The position numbers and the translations under genes are program-made. Positions 37,997 to 48,374 of a DNA stretch of 64,000 bases are shown here, piece after piece. The stretch lies in the NCBI GenBank assembly GCA_934203105.1, contig CAKPYQ010000004.1:11336-75335 (forward strand). The letters run 5' to 3'. The notes under the pieces are model-generated. The model searched no databases, was not told where the DNA came from, and worked only from the letters and a program-made list of their open reading frames with translations. This DNA is from an uncultured Alphaproteobacteria bacterium. Lineage in GTDB: Bacteria > Pseudomonadota > Alphaproteobacteria > CAAHEQ01 > UBA3637. Positions within the stretch are counted from its first letter, which is position 1. Each line of letters starts with the position of its first letter.

Positions 37997-40900
37997 AACT
38001 AAAGTTTAAAAATCAAGAGTTCCAGACTGATGCCGTGAATGCGGCTGTAGAATTGTTCAAAGGTCAAGAAAAAGCCAACATGACCTTTTCAATCGCTGAC
38101 AATTCTGCACAAGCTTCTTTCCTGCAAAATGAATTCGGTATCGGGAACAAACTGGTGTTGGATGAAGAGACAATAAACAGCAATCTTCATGCCATCCAAA
38201 AGGCTCATTCCCTGCCACAAACTGATATTGATAGTATAAAGGCCGTGCCACTTTCAATTGAGATGGAGACCGGAACCGGTAAAACTTTCGTTTATACCAA
38301 AACCATTTTAGAGCTTAACCACCGTTATGGCTTTACAAAATTCATTATTGTTGTTCCGAGTGTGGCAATCCGTGAGGGTGTTAATAAATCATTCCAGGTA
38401 ACTGAAGAATACTTCAAAAATCAATATGATGGTGTGCCATACCGGTACTTTATTTATAATTCAGCCAAACTGTCGGATGTTCGGGCGTTTGCGACTTCCA
38501 GTAATATCGAGATTATGATTATCAACATTGACGCTTTCAAAAAGGCCGAAAACATTATCAATCAAGAACAAGATAAACTGGGCGGCGAAACCGCTATGCG
38601 TTATATTCAGGATACAAATCCGGTTGTCATTATTGATGAACCGCAAAGCGTTGATAATACCGCTAAAGCCAAAGAAGCTATCGCGATGCTTAATCCGCTG
38701 TGTGTTTTGCGCTATTCCGCTACCCACCGCGAAAAACAAAACCTTGTTTATCGCTTAACGCCGGTTGATGCATATCAAATGGGATTAGTAAAACAAATTT
38801 GCGTTATTTCAAATTCGGTTATCAATGATTCAAATAAACCCTATATCGCCTTAAAAGACGTTTCAAACGCCAATGGTTTTTCGGCCAAATTGGAAATTGA
38901 TGTGGAAGACGATAATGCCCATATTACCCGTAAGGTAATAACAGTTAAACCGGACGATGATCTGTTTATTAAATCCGGCCATCGCAAAATTTATGAAGGC
39001 TATGTTGTTTCAGGTATTGATTGCACCAAAGGCTTTGAAGGCGTTGAGTTTGCTAATTCGGAGTATGTTGCCCTTGGAAAATCTATCGGAAGCGTTGATG
39101 AAAAAGTATTAAAACGTGCACAAATTTATCAGACCATTAAAACACATCTTGATAAAGAATTACGCTACTTTGATATGGGGATTAAAGTGCTGTCCTTGTT
39201 CTTCATAGATGAGGTAAAAAAATACCGGACCGAGGATGGTGGCAAAGGTATTTATGCCCAAATGTTTGAAGAATGCTATAACGAGCTGATCAATAAGCCT
39301 AAATACGCCATTTTGAAAACAAAGTTTGATACAGACGTTAATAAGGCCCATAACGGTTACTTCTCTCAGGATAAAAAAGGGAAATATAAGGATACCAAGG
39401 GCGACACGCAGGCCGATGATGACACTTATAACACGATTATGAAAGATAAAGAATGGCTGTTGTCGTTTGAATGTCCGCTCCGCTTTATCTTCTCGCACTC
39501 GGCGTTAAAAGAAGGTTGGGATAACCCAAACGTCTTTCAGGTTTGCACGTTGATTGAGCAAAAATCTCTGTTTACCTGCCGTCAGAAGATCGGTCGTGGT
39601 TTAAGACTTTGTGTAAATCAAGACGGCGAACGCGTTGAGGATAAGAACATCAATGTTCTGCACGTGATCGCCAACGAAAGTTTTGCCGAATTTGCCGATA
39701 AGCTGCAAAAAGAAATTGAAGATGAGACCGGTGTTAAATTTGGCGTATTTGAATTGGATATGCTTGTCGGATACTCTTATGATGAAGAAGTGGAAGTTGA
39801 ACGTACAATCAGCGAAAGTGAAGCCACCGCTATTGTTGAAGATTTGCAAAAACATGGTTTAATTGATGATGGCGGTTATATTAAACCAGAAGTTAAGCCA
39901 GAAGAAATTAAAATCGAAAATATCCCGATGCCTGAACCTGTAAAAACACATGTTCAAGATATGATCAAAACTTCAAAGCCAGTGTCAGTTGCCGCGCTTG
40001 CTAATACAACATATAAAGAAACTGTTGTTGAGAAAAAGACATTCTCGTATGAGGAAGCCGCCGCAATTATGGATGAGCTAAAGGATAAAAAGGTCATTGA
40101 TAGCAAGAACAAAATTAAAGACACGATGAAAGCACAGCTCGCCGCTGGTACACTTAATCTGAGTGAGAGATGGTCAAAAGCCGCACAACGTGCAATTTTA
40201 CAATCTATGAATAAGGCTGATAACAAACTCAATATCCGAGATGCTTCAAAAGATGTAACGGTAAAACTTAATAAACGCGCGCTATTATCGCCTGAATTTA
40301 TGGAACTTTGGAATAAGATAAAGCAAAAGACCACTTATCGTGTCCAGTTTGATTTGGATAAACTAATTGCCGACAGTATCAAAGATATTCGCGAAATGCC
40401 GGAGATCACCTCGGCGCGTTTACTCAGTCAGACGGCCTCTGTTAATATTCAAAAATCCGGTGTGACGGCTCAGGCTGGTGCAATGTTTACTCAAAACATC
40501 GAAAAGAGCTATGATATTCTGCCGGATATTTTGCGTTTAATTTCTACCAAAACATTACTGAAACGCTCTACCGTGAATAAAATCATTCAGGAAAGTGGCC
40601 GGGCCGGAGACTTTTTGAAAAATCCGCAAGACTTTTACGAAAAGGTTTTGGAGATTATCCAGCGCAATCGTCATAAATTAGCTATTGATGGAATTAAGTA
40701 TATCAAATTGGCCGGCGAAGAATATGCCGTACAAGAGATTTTCTCAAGTGAAGAATTGATTGCAAACCTTGATCGGAATGCTGTCGCAGTTAAAAACAGC
40801 GTGTATGATTATGTTATTTATGACAGTAGCACGGTTGAAAAGCCATTCGCCGTGGCTTTGGACGAGGATCCTGACGTTAAGATATTCTTCAAAATTCCGA

Positions 40901-41145
40901 GCCGATTTAAGATTGACACACCGATTGGCACTTATAATCCGGACTGGGCGGTCTATTTAGAGAAAAATGGCGAGCAGAAGCTTTATTTTGTGCTTGAAAC
41001 CAAAGGAACTGATTCGTTCTATGGCCTACGTCCGGAAGAGCAACAGAAGATCCATTGCGGTGCACAGCACTTTAAGGCTCTTGATAATGTTATCTACTCC
41101 GAACAACCGGTCAGAAATTGGCAAGAATTCAAAAAGACGGTGTAG
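37993..41145 (+). CDS. res: type III restriction endonuclease Res subunit (SF2 helicase + PD-(D/E)xK nuclease)
   Basis: Helicase motif I METGTGKTF and motif II IIDEPQS are present. The C-terminal nuclease motif is YNPDWAVYLEKNGEQKLYFVLETKG. The protein is 1050 aa. Confidence 0.85.
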   Translation: MKLKFKNQEFQTDAVNAAVELFKGQEKANMTFSIADNSAQASFLQNEFGIGNKLVLDEETINSNLHAIQKAHSLPQTDIDSIKAVPLSIEMETGTGKTFVYTKTILELNHRYGFTKFIIVVPSVAIREGVNKSFQVTEEYFKNQYDGVPYRYFIYNSAKLSDVRAFATSSNIEIMIINIDAFKKAENIINQEQDKLGGETAMRYIQDTNPVVIIDEPQSVDNTAKAKEAIAMLNPLCVLRYSATHREKQNLVYRLTPVDAYQMGLVKQICVISNSVINDSNKPYIALKDVSNANGFSAKLEIDVEDDNAHITRKVITVKPDDDLFIKSGHRKIYEGYVVSGIDCTKGFEGVEFANSEYVALGKSIGSVDEKVLKRAQIYQTIKTHLDKELRYFDMGIKVLSLFFIDEVKKYRTEDGGKGIYAQMFEECYNELINKPKYAILKTKFDTDVNKAHNGYFSQDKKGKYKDTKGDTQADDDTYNTIMKDKEWLLSFECPLRFIFSHSALKEGWDNPNVFQVCTLIEQKSLFTCRQKIGRGLRLCVNQDGERVEDKNINVLHVIANESFAEFADKLQKEIEDETGVKFGVFELDMLVGYSYDEEVEVERTISESEATAIVEDLQKHGLIDDGGYIKPEVKPEEIKIENIPMPEPVKTHVQDMIKTSKPVSVAALANTTYKETVVEKKTFSYEEAAAIMDELKDKKVIDSKNKIKDTMKAQLAAGTLNLSERWSKAAQRAILQSMNKADNKLNIRDASKDVTVKLNKRALLSPEFMELWNKIKQKTTYRVQFDLDKLIADSIKDIREMPEITSARLLSQTASVNIQKSGVTAQAGAMFTQNIEKSYDILPDILRLISTKTLLKRSTVNKIIQESGRAGDFLKNPQDFYEKVLEIIQRNRHKLAIDGIKYIKLAGEEYAVQEIFSSEELIANLDRNAVAVKNSVYDYVIYDSSTVEKPFAVALDEDPDVKIFFKIPSRFKIDTPIGTYNPDWAVYLEKNGEQKLYFVLETKGTDSFYGLRPEEQQKIHCGAQHFKALDNVIYSEQPVRNWQEFKKTV

Positions 41146-41148
41146 ATT

Positions 41149-43251
41149 ATGGAAGAGCCTAAACCGTATCGATTCCCGACCGAATTTGCCGCCATGGTTG
41201 AAGCCAGGCGATTGGCAAGTTTTCGAGATGATGATAATTTACTCGCAGTTTATGCCTCTTCTAAAATTAAAGTGTTACCTTATCAGATAGCGGCGGCACG
41301 TTTTGCCTTACGTTCCACTTTGTTAAAGGGCTGTATTCTGTGTGACGAAGGCTCTCTCGGTAAAACTTACGAAGCACTCCTTGTGCTGGCACAACGTTGG
41401 TACGAGGGTAAAAAACATATTTTGGTGGTTTTACCACAAAACTTGATGAGCCAATGGCAACAAAAACTGGATGAAGAATTTACTTTGCCGGTCATCAAAT
41501 GGGCGGAATACAACAATGAAAGCAAAGGAATTTGTCTTGTTACGTATGATGATGTGGTTCGCGAGGCTGAGAAATTCAAAGCAATTCGTTGGGATTTGGC
41601 GGTATTTGATGAGGCTGACGTATTGTTCAAACCGGATAACAAATCGGTTATAACCCTTAAAGAGGCAGTTGGCGATGCTTTCAAACTGCTCTTAACGCCA
41701 ACGCCGATCACCATAAGTATTATGGATATCTATGGTCTTATTCACTTTATTGATGAAAGTGTTTTGCCGGATCCTGACAGCTTTTATCGCCGGTATTTTA
41801 GAAAGCCCGAGAATTATCCCGAATTATCAAATTGGGTATCGCAATTTGCTTTTCGTACACTTAAAAGACGAGCAAGCCAGTATGTGAACTTTACCAAACG
41901 TCTGCCGGTTGTTCTGAACTATACGCCGAAAGATGACGAGAAAAAAATATTTGATTTAACCGAAAAATACCTAAATTTAGCTGAAAAACAGGCTTATCCG
42001 CAAATGGATAACTATCAGTTAACCTTGATGTTCTACCACATTTTGGCCTCATCACCGCAGGCTTTTGCCAATATGCTGTCGGCTCCGATTGAACGGGCTT
42101 CGTCTGATGAACGCATTATTTTGCAGACAATGCAAAAAATGGCTTTGGAAATTCCCGTTTCTGCTAAAATGGATGCGTTATTAAAGGCTCTTAAAACAAC
42201 CTTTGCTCATTTAAAATCACGCAAAGAAGTGCAAAAAAACATTATTTTTGTTGATAACCTGACAACTTTATCCGTTTTATCAGAGTTATTAAAGGAACAT
42301 TATTCGATTATAAAACACACAGATGATAATGCTTTGAACATTTTTAGAGAAGATAAAAATATTCAAATTCTTATCACAAACGATGCAACTGCCAAAGGCT
42401 TAGACATAGAATACTGTCCGGTTGTCGTGAACTATGATTTACTTTATAATGCCGTTGAGATGGAACAACGAATTTGTCGTTGCCACCGCCAAGGACAACA
42501 ATCCGATGTGTTGGTTATCAATTTGCTCAGTCAGGAAAGTATGTCTGATGTGCGTATTTTGGAATTGATTAACAAACGAACTTTACAATTTCAGGGTGTT
42601 TTCGGCATGTCGGACGATATTGTCGGCTATTTTGATGAAACTTTGGAGGCTGTTTTACAAAAACGCCGAACCTTGCCCGATATTCAAAGGGATTTTGCAC
42701 AGAATTTAGAGATAAATAAAGATGCCAACGCACAAGTTGTTTCGGATGCCGAAAGTGTTTTATTTACGACATTTACAAAGGATGTGGCCGAAAAAATACA
42801 AGTTTCACCGCAGTATATTCAAGAACAAGCCGAATTTCTCAATCGGGACTTATGGGAGGTTGTGAAGTTTTATTTTGAAAAGCATCATCCTCAATATATT
42901 ATTGATGACATCAATCAAACATTAACTTTACCGGATGATTGTGAACAACCGCATATGTTCTATTCTTGGACTGGGACAAGAAACACACTTTATACGGGAA
43001 AACGTCAGTATGGTATGGCCAAAGATTTTAAACCTGCAAGCGGAAGAATTACCTTAACTTCTATTTTAGCCAAGGGAATTTTTAGTGAAATTGAATGTGC
43101 TACAGAGGCTGAAATAAACCTTGAAATAGGTACTGAACCTTGCCAAATTAGTATGTACAATGTTGAATTACGCCGAAAAGGAAAGTTCCTTAAATGTTAT
43201 GATGTTTTAACCGGTAAGACGAGAGATGGCAAGATTTTAACACAAGAATAA
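41149..43251 (+). CDS. SNF2-family helicase-like protein
   Basis: Motif I is CDEGSLGKT, motif II is LAVFDEAD, motif III-like is LLLTPTPI and motif VI is QRICRCHRQGQ. It lies immediately downstream of res. Confidence 0.7.
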   Translation: MEEPKPYRFPTEFAAMVEARRLASFRDDDNLLAVYASSKIKVLPYQIAAARFALRSTLLKGCILCDEGSLGKTYEALLVLAQRWYEGKKHILVVLPQNLMSQWQQKLDEEFTLPVIKWAEYNNESKGICLVTYDDVVREAEKFKAIRWDLAVFDEADVLFKPDNKSVITLKEAVGDAFKLLLTPTPITISIMDIYGLIHFIDESVLPDPDSFYRRYFRKPENYPELSNWVSQFAFRTLKRRASQYVNFTKRLPVVLNYTPKDDEKKIFDLTEKYLNLAEKQAYPQMDNYQLTLMFYHILASSPQAFANMLSAPIERASSDERIILQTMQKMALEIPVSAKMDALLKALKTTFAHLKSRKEVQKNIIFVDNLTTLSVLSELLKEHYSIIKHTDDNALNIFREDKNIQILITNDATAKGLDIEYCPVVVNYDLLYNAVEMEQRICRCHRQGQQSDVLVINLLSQESMSDVRILELINKRTLQFQGVFGMSDDIVGYFDETLEAVLQKRRTLPDIQRDFAQNLEINKDANAQVVSDAESVLFTTFTKDVAEKIQVSPQYIQEQAEFLNRDLWEVVKFYFEKHHPQYIIDDINQTLTLPDDCEQPHMFYSWTGTRNTLYTGKRQYGMAKDFKPASGRITLTSILAKGIFSEIECATEAEINLEIGTEPCQISMYNVELRRKGKFLKCYDVLTGKTRDGKILTQE

Positions 43252-43368
43252 TGTGTAAAAATTCTATCACAGCCAATTAAATCTCTTGAAAATAAGGATA
43301 GAGAACGGTCTTATTGGCTTGCAAACAGTTCCTTTTCTGATAGGTTACCATTAGCTTTAGAAGATGAG

Positions 43369-43725
43369 TTGAAAAACAACTATATCAAGCAACAAGAAAA
43401 TTCTTTTAATGCTGATATTGATATTATTAAAATGCGTTCATCTCGTCAAAAAGCCGTATTAGAGCAAACTATTGAAACCTTACGACAAGAAACATCAAAG
43501 ATAAAAGAGAGTATCGGTAGTGCCAAAGACCGCTTAGAAGAACTTAAAATTCAAAAGCAAATCAACGAAATGGAAAAACAACTCCGCAAAAAAGAAGAAG
43601 GATTGTTTTTTGAACAAATGCGTATTGAAGCCAACGCCGAAGAACAAATAGAGCAACTCTGTGCCACCGACAACATAGAAATCAAACTGTCAAAAGTGTT
43701 TAGGATACTAATAAAAACCCGTTAA
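43369..43725 (+). CDS. small coiled-coil protein
   Basis: It is 118 aa with heptad-rich charged sequence. Confidence 0.3.
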   Translation: MKNNYIKQQENSFNADIDIIKMRSSRQKAVLEQTIETLRQETSKIKESIGSAKDRLEELKIQKQINEMEKQLRKKEEGLFFEQMRIEANAEEQIEQLCATDNIEIKLSKVFRILIKTR

Positions 43726-43743
43726 AGTTTTACCTTTAACGGG
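43718..43743. terminator. bidirectional terminator
   Basis: The stem CCCGTTAAAG / CTTTAACGGG lies between convergent genes. Confidence 0.4.
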
Positions 43744-43759
43744 ATGATAAAATTCAGAG

Positions 43760-44323
43760 TTACTTTATTTTAGAAAAAACATTGATATCTGTTAATTTCT
43801 GTAAACATTCACTGAAACGACCATTACGCTCAATTCCTTCCAATTGATAGCCCAAATTTTGAGCTACTTTTACAGAGTTTAAATTATCAACATCATTTCT
43901 AATAACTAAGCGTTCTGCTCCAGAACTAAAAAGCATATTTTCTAGAGCTCGTACAGCTTCTTGCATATAACCTTTTTTACAAGCGTCTTTTTTAAGCCAA
44001 TAAGCTAATTCAAATTGTTTGTCGACCGTTCGTCCTTTTTTTATTACAGCAACTCCACCTAAAAATTCTTTATCTGTTTTTTTGTAAATTGCATACTCAA
44101 AACGTTCTCCAGCTTTCCATGCACGATCTGCATCTAAAGCAAAATTATAATCATCTTCTGCCCGGCGGGTTATTTCAGGCATTGCCCAATCCATCCAAGG
44201 AAGTATATGTTCTCTATTGGCATCAACGACAGAAAACATTTTTATTGCAAATTCAAAACTCTTTTCTGGTTTTTCTAATAAAAGACGTTCCGTTTCAAGT
44301 GATGGTAAGAAATCTATAGCCAT
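43760..44323 (-). CDS. GNAT family N-acetyltransferase (RimJ/RimL-like)
   Basis: It is 187 aa. The GNAT motif A region is ...CKKGYMQEAVRAL. Confidence 0.65.
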   Translation of the reverse strand: MAIDFLPSLETERLLLEKPEKSFEFAIKMFSVVDANREHILPWMDWAMPEITRRAEDDYNFALDADRAWKAGERFEYAIYKKTDKEFLGGVAVIKKGRTVDKQFELAYWLKKDACKKGYMQEAVRALENMLFSSGAERLVIRNDVDNLNSVKVAQNLGYQLEGIERNGRFSECLQKLTDINVFSKIK

Positions 44324-44471
44324 AATTTTGTCCTTTCTAACAAGTTATCAGAATGACAGTTTAGCAAAGGAAAGTTTAAAAAGCAATCATTTTTTTGATA
44401 AATTATAAAAATATATTGACTTTTGGTAAAAGAGTATATACACTAGACTAGTTTTCAACAATGTAGAAAGG

Positions 44472-45677
44472 ATGCATATGTTTAATCCAGAAGATCATTA
44501 TCTATCAAGAGGGCCTGTCCATCAATTTGGAGATGCTAGTGAATGCGACTATAAAATTAAAAATGTAGGTTGGACGTTGGGAAACTTTTGTCCTTACCAT
44601 TGTCGTCACTGCTATTCTCTTTCGGCAAGAAGGGCCGGTGCGAATATGACTAAAGAAATCGTGGATAGAATTATTAATCAACTATATAAAAATGGTATTG
44701 AAACCATTAATGTTGGAGGAAATGAACCTATTTTTACTAACGGGTCTAAACTTGAAGATACGCTTTTGCCCTACATAATCAATAAAGTGACTGATTTGGG
44801 AATGGAAATAGGCGTCACGACAAGCGGAATAACGTTATTACAATTATACAAGAATTTTCCAGAAGAATTTAAAAAAGTAAACGATTTTGATATAAGTTTA
44901 GACTCCCCTTTTGAGGAAGAACATAATGAGAATAGAGGAGCAAAACTTTATAACTCAGCAATGGAATGTTTAAAAATATGCCAAGATACAGGAAAACCTC
45001 ACGGAATTATTATGACAGGCATGAAATGGAACTTTACGAAACTCCATATAAATGCAATGCTGGAGTTATGTAAAAGAACAAATTCTAACATAAGAATTAA
45101 TATTTTTAAACCAATGTCTAAAATACATTATAAAAATATTATTCTGCCTGATCAGCTATTTGAAGGTTTTGATTATTTAATTAAAAATTGCGAAACTTTG
45201 GATATGAGTGAGTCTATTTTAAAAGCAGCATCTCAAACCCCAAATAAAAGTAGATGTCCTTGCGGGCGAACAAGTTTTAGAATTCATTCTATAACACCTG
45301 ATGGCAAAGTTTATGTTTCACCATGTGTATATATGCATGACTATAAATCCTCTCTTGATTTGTTAACAAATGAATTAAGTGATATTCTTGCTTCAGATGT
45401 TTTTAAAGTATTTAGACAAAGAAATGCTCATCCGGAAAAAATAAAAGGATGCTCCGACTGTGAGTTGTTGGATATTTGTGGTGGAGGTTGTGCTGCACGT
45501 TCTTATCTGCATCATGCGATTCAAACAGGAGAAAAATCTTTTATAGAAAAAGATTTTTATTGTCCTAAAGAGCATAAAAGCAGTCAACATTTTTCTAAGA
45601 ATTACAATATAGCAAAAGAAGAAAAACTTGTTCATATTGATTATTTGTGTACATGGATAGGGAAACCGAAGGTATGA
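44472..45677 (+). CDS. radical SAM enzyme with C-terminal SPASM-like cysteine cluster
   Basis: The Cx3Cx2C motif CPYHCRHCYS lies at residues ~40-48. The glycine-rich SAM region VGGNEP is present. The C-terminal cluster is CSDCELLDICGGGCAARSY. Confidence 0.8.
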   Translation: MHMFNPEDHYLSRGPVHQFGDASECDYKIKNVGWTLGNFCPYHCRHCYSLSARRAGANMTKEIVDRIINQLYKNGIETINVGGNEPIFTNGSKLEDTLLPYIINKVTDLGMEIGVTTSGITLLQLYKNFPEEFKKVNDFDISLDSPFEEEHNENRGAKLYNSAMECLKICQDTGKPHGIIMTGMKWNFTKLHINAMLELCKRTNSNIRINIFKPMSKIHYKNIILPDQLFEGFDYLIKNCETLDMSESILKAASQTPNKSRCPCGRTSFRIHSITPDGKVYVSPCVYMHDYKSSLDLLTNELSDILASDVFKVFRQRNAHPEKIKGCSDCELLDICGGGCAARSYLHHAIQTGEKSFIEKDFYCPKEHKSSQHFSKNYNIAKEEKLVHIDYLCTWIGKPKV

Positions 45678-47431
45678 CAACATCTGTTTTTACTTCTGAT
45701 GATATGAATGATAATACTTCCGACTTATTATTTTGGGGAAAGTCTATTTTCCAGATAGAAAAAAGTATTCGAGCTTCTTGGCGAAAAAAAAATTTATATT
45801 CTTTTTCATCAGATAAACGGAAAAAATGTTTTTTGATTGAACCTCCTCCACCAACGTTAGTAAAAAAATTATATGTGGGGCATTTGTATAATCATTGTCC
45901 TATAGATATTATAGCTCGATATAAAAGAATGCGAGGATACAATGTTTTTTATCCTGTCGGTTTTGACACAACAGGACTTCCAACAAAAGATGCTTTTGAA
46001 CAATGGTTAAACATACAAGAGAATAAAAAACTAGGAGACCGCAATTCCTTTGATATATTTTTAGATGAACGTTCTCAGATGTATTTAAATGTTTTTTCTG
46101 ATTTAGGATTAAGCTTAAATCCTAAGTATAAGTATGAAACATCAAGTAAAGCAATGAGAGATTTTACTAAGAATGTTTTTGAAAAATTATTTAAAGAAAA
46201 TTCTATCTATTTTCATGAAGGTCATTGGTTTCTTAAAGTCTCGGATATAAATAAAGAAGTATCTGCTTTTTTTCAAGATGTTAAGTTTGTTCCACACTTT
46301 AAGTCCAACCAATTTCATAATCATATACGTTCCATGAATCATGATTGGCTTTTTTCAAAAGAAAGAGATTATGGCATTAAAATACCTGTAAAATACTGTT
46401 CTAAATGCAAAAAACCACACTTACTATCTCAATCACACTGTTGTGAAGGTGCAGAGTTTAATATAGAAAAAAATGTCTTTAGTGTATGGTTTATGGCAGC
46501 TTTAATTCCATGGTTTCTTTCCTTCGTAGTTAGAGGCGATAAAAATTTTCAATTATACGATATTCGAGCAAATGGGGCACATAATATTTGTTCTTGGGAT
46601 TTTTATACTGCAATACTTGGATATGTTACATTTAAAAAAGTTCCATGGAAATCAATTGTGGTTTCTGGAATCGTAAAACTAACGGATGAAGAATGGAATG
46701 ATGGAAGAGAAGAATCACCAATGAATCCGCCATATTTAATAAGAAAGTACGGTGCCGATGCGATTCGTTTCTGGTGTTCTAGTGCCAGCACAGGGAAAGA
46801 TGTTGTTTTTTCTGAAAAGAAAATAAAAGAAGGACACCATTTATTATATAAACTTCTCAATGCAGGCATTTTAGTAAAAAAAATAAACCAAAAATCAAAA
46901 AATAGGAACATATCAATTGTACATAATGTTTTTGATGCCTGGATTATAGATGAATATAATAAAATGCTAAATTCTTTTATTCAATATTTGGATGAATATG
47001 ATTTTAATGCAGCACTAAAAAAAATCAATTATTTTTTTAAGATTTTTTCGGGTATATATTTAGAAATAGTAAAAAAACGTTTATATGAAAAAAAACAATT
47101 AAACAACGTTTACTTTGATGTATTTTTTAATCTTTTAAAATGCTATTCTCCTTTTTTCCCTCATATAACAGATTATATTTATCAAAATGTATTTAAACGA
47201 TTTTATCCTCAAAAAAGTAGTATTCACCTTTTTGAAATAGAATATATGAAAACTACAAACAAAAATAATGATAACTCTTTTGTTGAAGAGCTTCTTTTGA
47301 AATTAGAAAAAATGAAAAGGACGCATTCCAATACTTTAGAATTAGATAATAAATATGCTGATATTGCAAATAAAGTTTTAGATGATATAAAAATGTTATC
47401 AGCTGTTGAACAATTGTTATTTGTGCAATAA
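45674..47431 (+). CDS. class Ia aminoacyl-tRNA synthetase paralog (MetRS/LeuRS-like) with degenerate HIGH and KMSKS motifs
   Basis: PPPPTLVKKLYVGHLYNHCPIDIIARYKRMRGYNVFYPVGFDTTGLPTKD aligns with class Ia P-x-x-x-G-x-LH[LM]GH...RYQRM-G-x-V...GWDxxGLP, but HIGH reads YVGH. A Cys knuckle CSKCKK...HCCEG resembles the MetRS zinc knuckle. At the KMSKS position the sequence is REESPMNP, followed by the conserved YGADAIRFW. The start at 45674 is an ATGA overlap with the upstream gene. Confidence 0.7.
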   Translation: MTTSVFTSDDMNDNTSDLLFWGKSIFQIEKSIRASWRKKNLYSFSSDKRKKCFLIEPPPPTLVKKLYVGHLYNHCPIDIIARYKRMRGYNVFYPVGFDTTGLPTKDAFEQWLNIQENKKLGDRNSFDIFLDERSQMYLNVFSDLGLSLNPKYKYETSSKAMRDFTKNVFEKLFKENSIYFHEGHWFLKVSDINKEVSAFFQDVKFVPHFKSNQFHNHIRSMNHDWLFSKERDYGIKIPVKYCSKCKKPHLLSQSHCCEGAEFNIEKNVFSVWFMAALIPWFLSFVVRGDKNFQLYDIRANGAHNICSWDFYTAILGYVTFKKVPWKSIVVSGIVKLTDEEWNDGREESPMNPPYLIRKYGADAIRFWCSSASTGKDVVFSEKKIKEGHHLLYKLLNAGILVKKINQKSKNRNISIVHNVFDAWIIDEYNKMLNSFIQYLDEYDFNAALKKINYFFKIFSGIYLEIVKKRLYEKKQLNNVYFDVFFNLLKCYSPFFPHITDYIYQNVFKRFYPQKSSIHLFEIEYMKTTNKNNDNSFVEELLLKLEKMKRTHSNTLELDNKYADIANKVLDDIKMLSAVEQLLFVQ

Positions 47432-47445
47432 TATAAGGAGAGTAT

Positions 47446-48360
47446 ATGACAAATTCTATAAGAGAAAGTTCTAAAAACATTTGTTGTTATCGTCCAATTT
47501 CTGGAAATAAGACACGTTTAATCTGGAATATAACAGGATTTTGTAATTTAAACTGTCGGCACTGTTTTATAAAAAAATATCCAGCATCTGAAAGAAAAGA
47601 AAGAGAGCTTTCGTTTTCTAGATGTTTAGAACTAATCAGAGAATTTCCTAATGTTAAAATTGGAAAAGTTATGTTAACAGGAGGAGAACCTTTTTCTCGT
47701 TCTGACCTACCCGATATTATAACGGCCATAAAGGAAATTGATAAAAATATAATCATTGATATCACAACAAATTTAACATATTTGAGTGATGATATTATTG
47801 CTCAATTAAAGCGAGTTGGAATTGATGAAATTACAACTTCTTTAGATGGAGATGAAGAAGTACATGATTTTATCCGTCAATCAAAGGGAAATTTTAAAAT
47901 CGTAACACAAAATATAAAAAAATTACGTCAAGCTAATATATTGGTGGATGTTGTCTGTGTCGTTCAACGTTCTAATTTTAGAATTCTGGAAAAAATTATT
48001 GCTATTGCAGAAGAATTAGATATTACTTCATTGACATTTTCTGATTTAATCGTTCCAGAAGGAATAGATTATTCATTAGAAATATTAAGTGCGTCTGAAA
48101 AAACGGAAATAATTAAATATTTAGACGGTATCAGAAAAAGCAGATTAAATATTTCAGATAAAATACCTGTCAGAATGGTTGGTTTTGATTCTGCAAAAAA
48201 GATAAGTCATCCTTGTTTAATGAGTAATATTTTAACTATAACGAACGAAAATAAATTGTGTCGTTGTTTGTTGTCAGATTCTGCTGATGGTGAAAATATA
48301 GCGAATGTTTCTTTGCAAGAAGCTATAAAAAAGATAAAACCAGTAAATTGCTTTAAATAA
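47446..48360 (+). CDS. radical SAM enzyme (304 aa)
   Basis: The Cx3Cx2C motif is NITGFCNLNCRHCF. The GG motif is VMLTGGEPF. There is no SPASM tail. Confidence 0.8.
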   Translation: MTNSIRESSKNICCYRPISGNKTRLIWNITGFCNLNCRHCFIKKYPASERKERELSFSRCLELIREFPNVKIGKVMLTGGEPFSRSDLPDIITAIKEIDKNIIIDITTNLTYLSDDIIAQLKRVGIDEITTSLDGDEEVHDFIRQSKGNFKIVTQNIKKLRQANILVDVVCVVQRSNFRILEKIIAIAEELDITSLTFSDLIVPEGIDYSLEILSASEKTEIIKYLDGIRKSRLNISDKIPVRMVGFDSAKKISHPCLMSNILTITNENKLCRCLLSDSADGENIANVSLQEAIKKIKPVNCFK

Positions 48361-48374
48361 AAAAGGATAAATAC

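Noticed and set aside
45647-45673. Upstream ATG at 45647 as start of the aaRS-like gene
   Set aside because: The ATG at 45674 forms an ATGA stop/start overlap with the preceding rSAM gene, the common translational coupling arrangement. The extra 9 codons upstream would overlap the rSAM C-terminus.
47446-48360. Calling the 304-aa radical SAM protein a prokaryotic viperin
   Set aside because: The CNxxCxxCF spacing and size are compatible, but MoaA-like and many other rSAMs share them. Without profile alignment of the C-terminal substrate-binding region this stays a hypothesis, recorded in the operon finding above.
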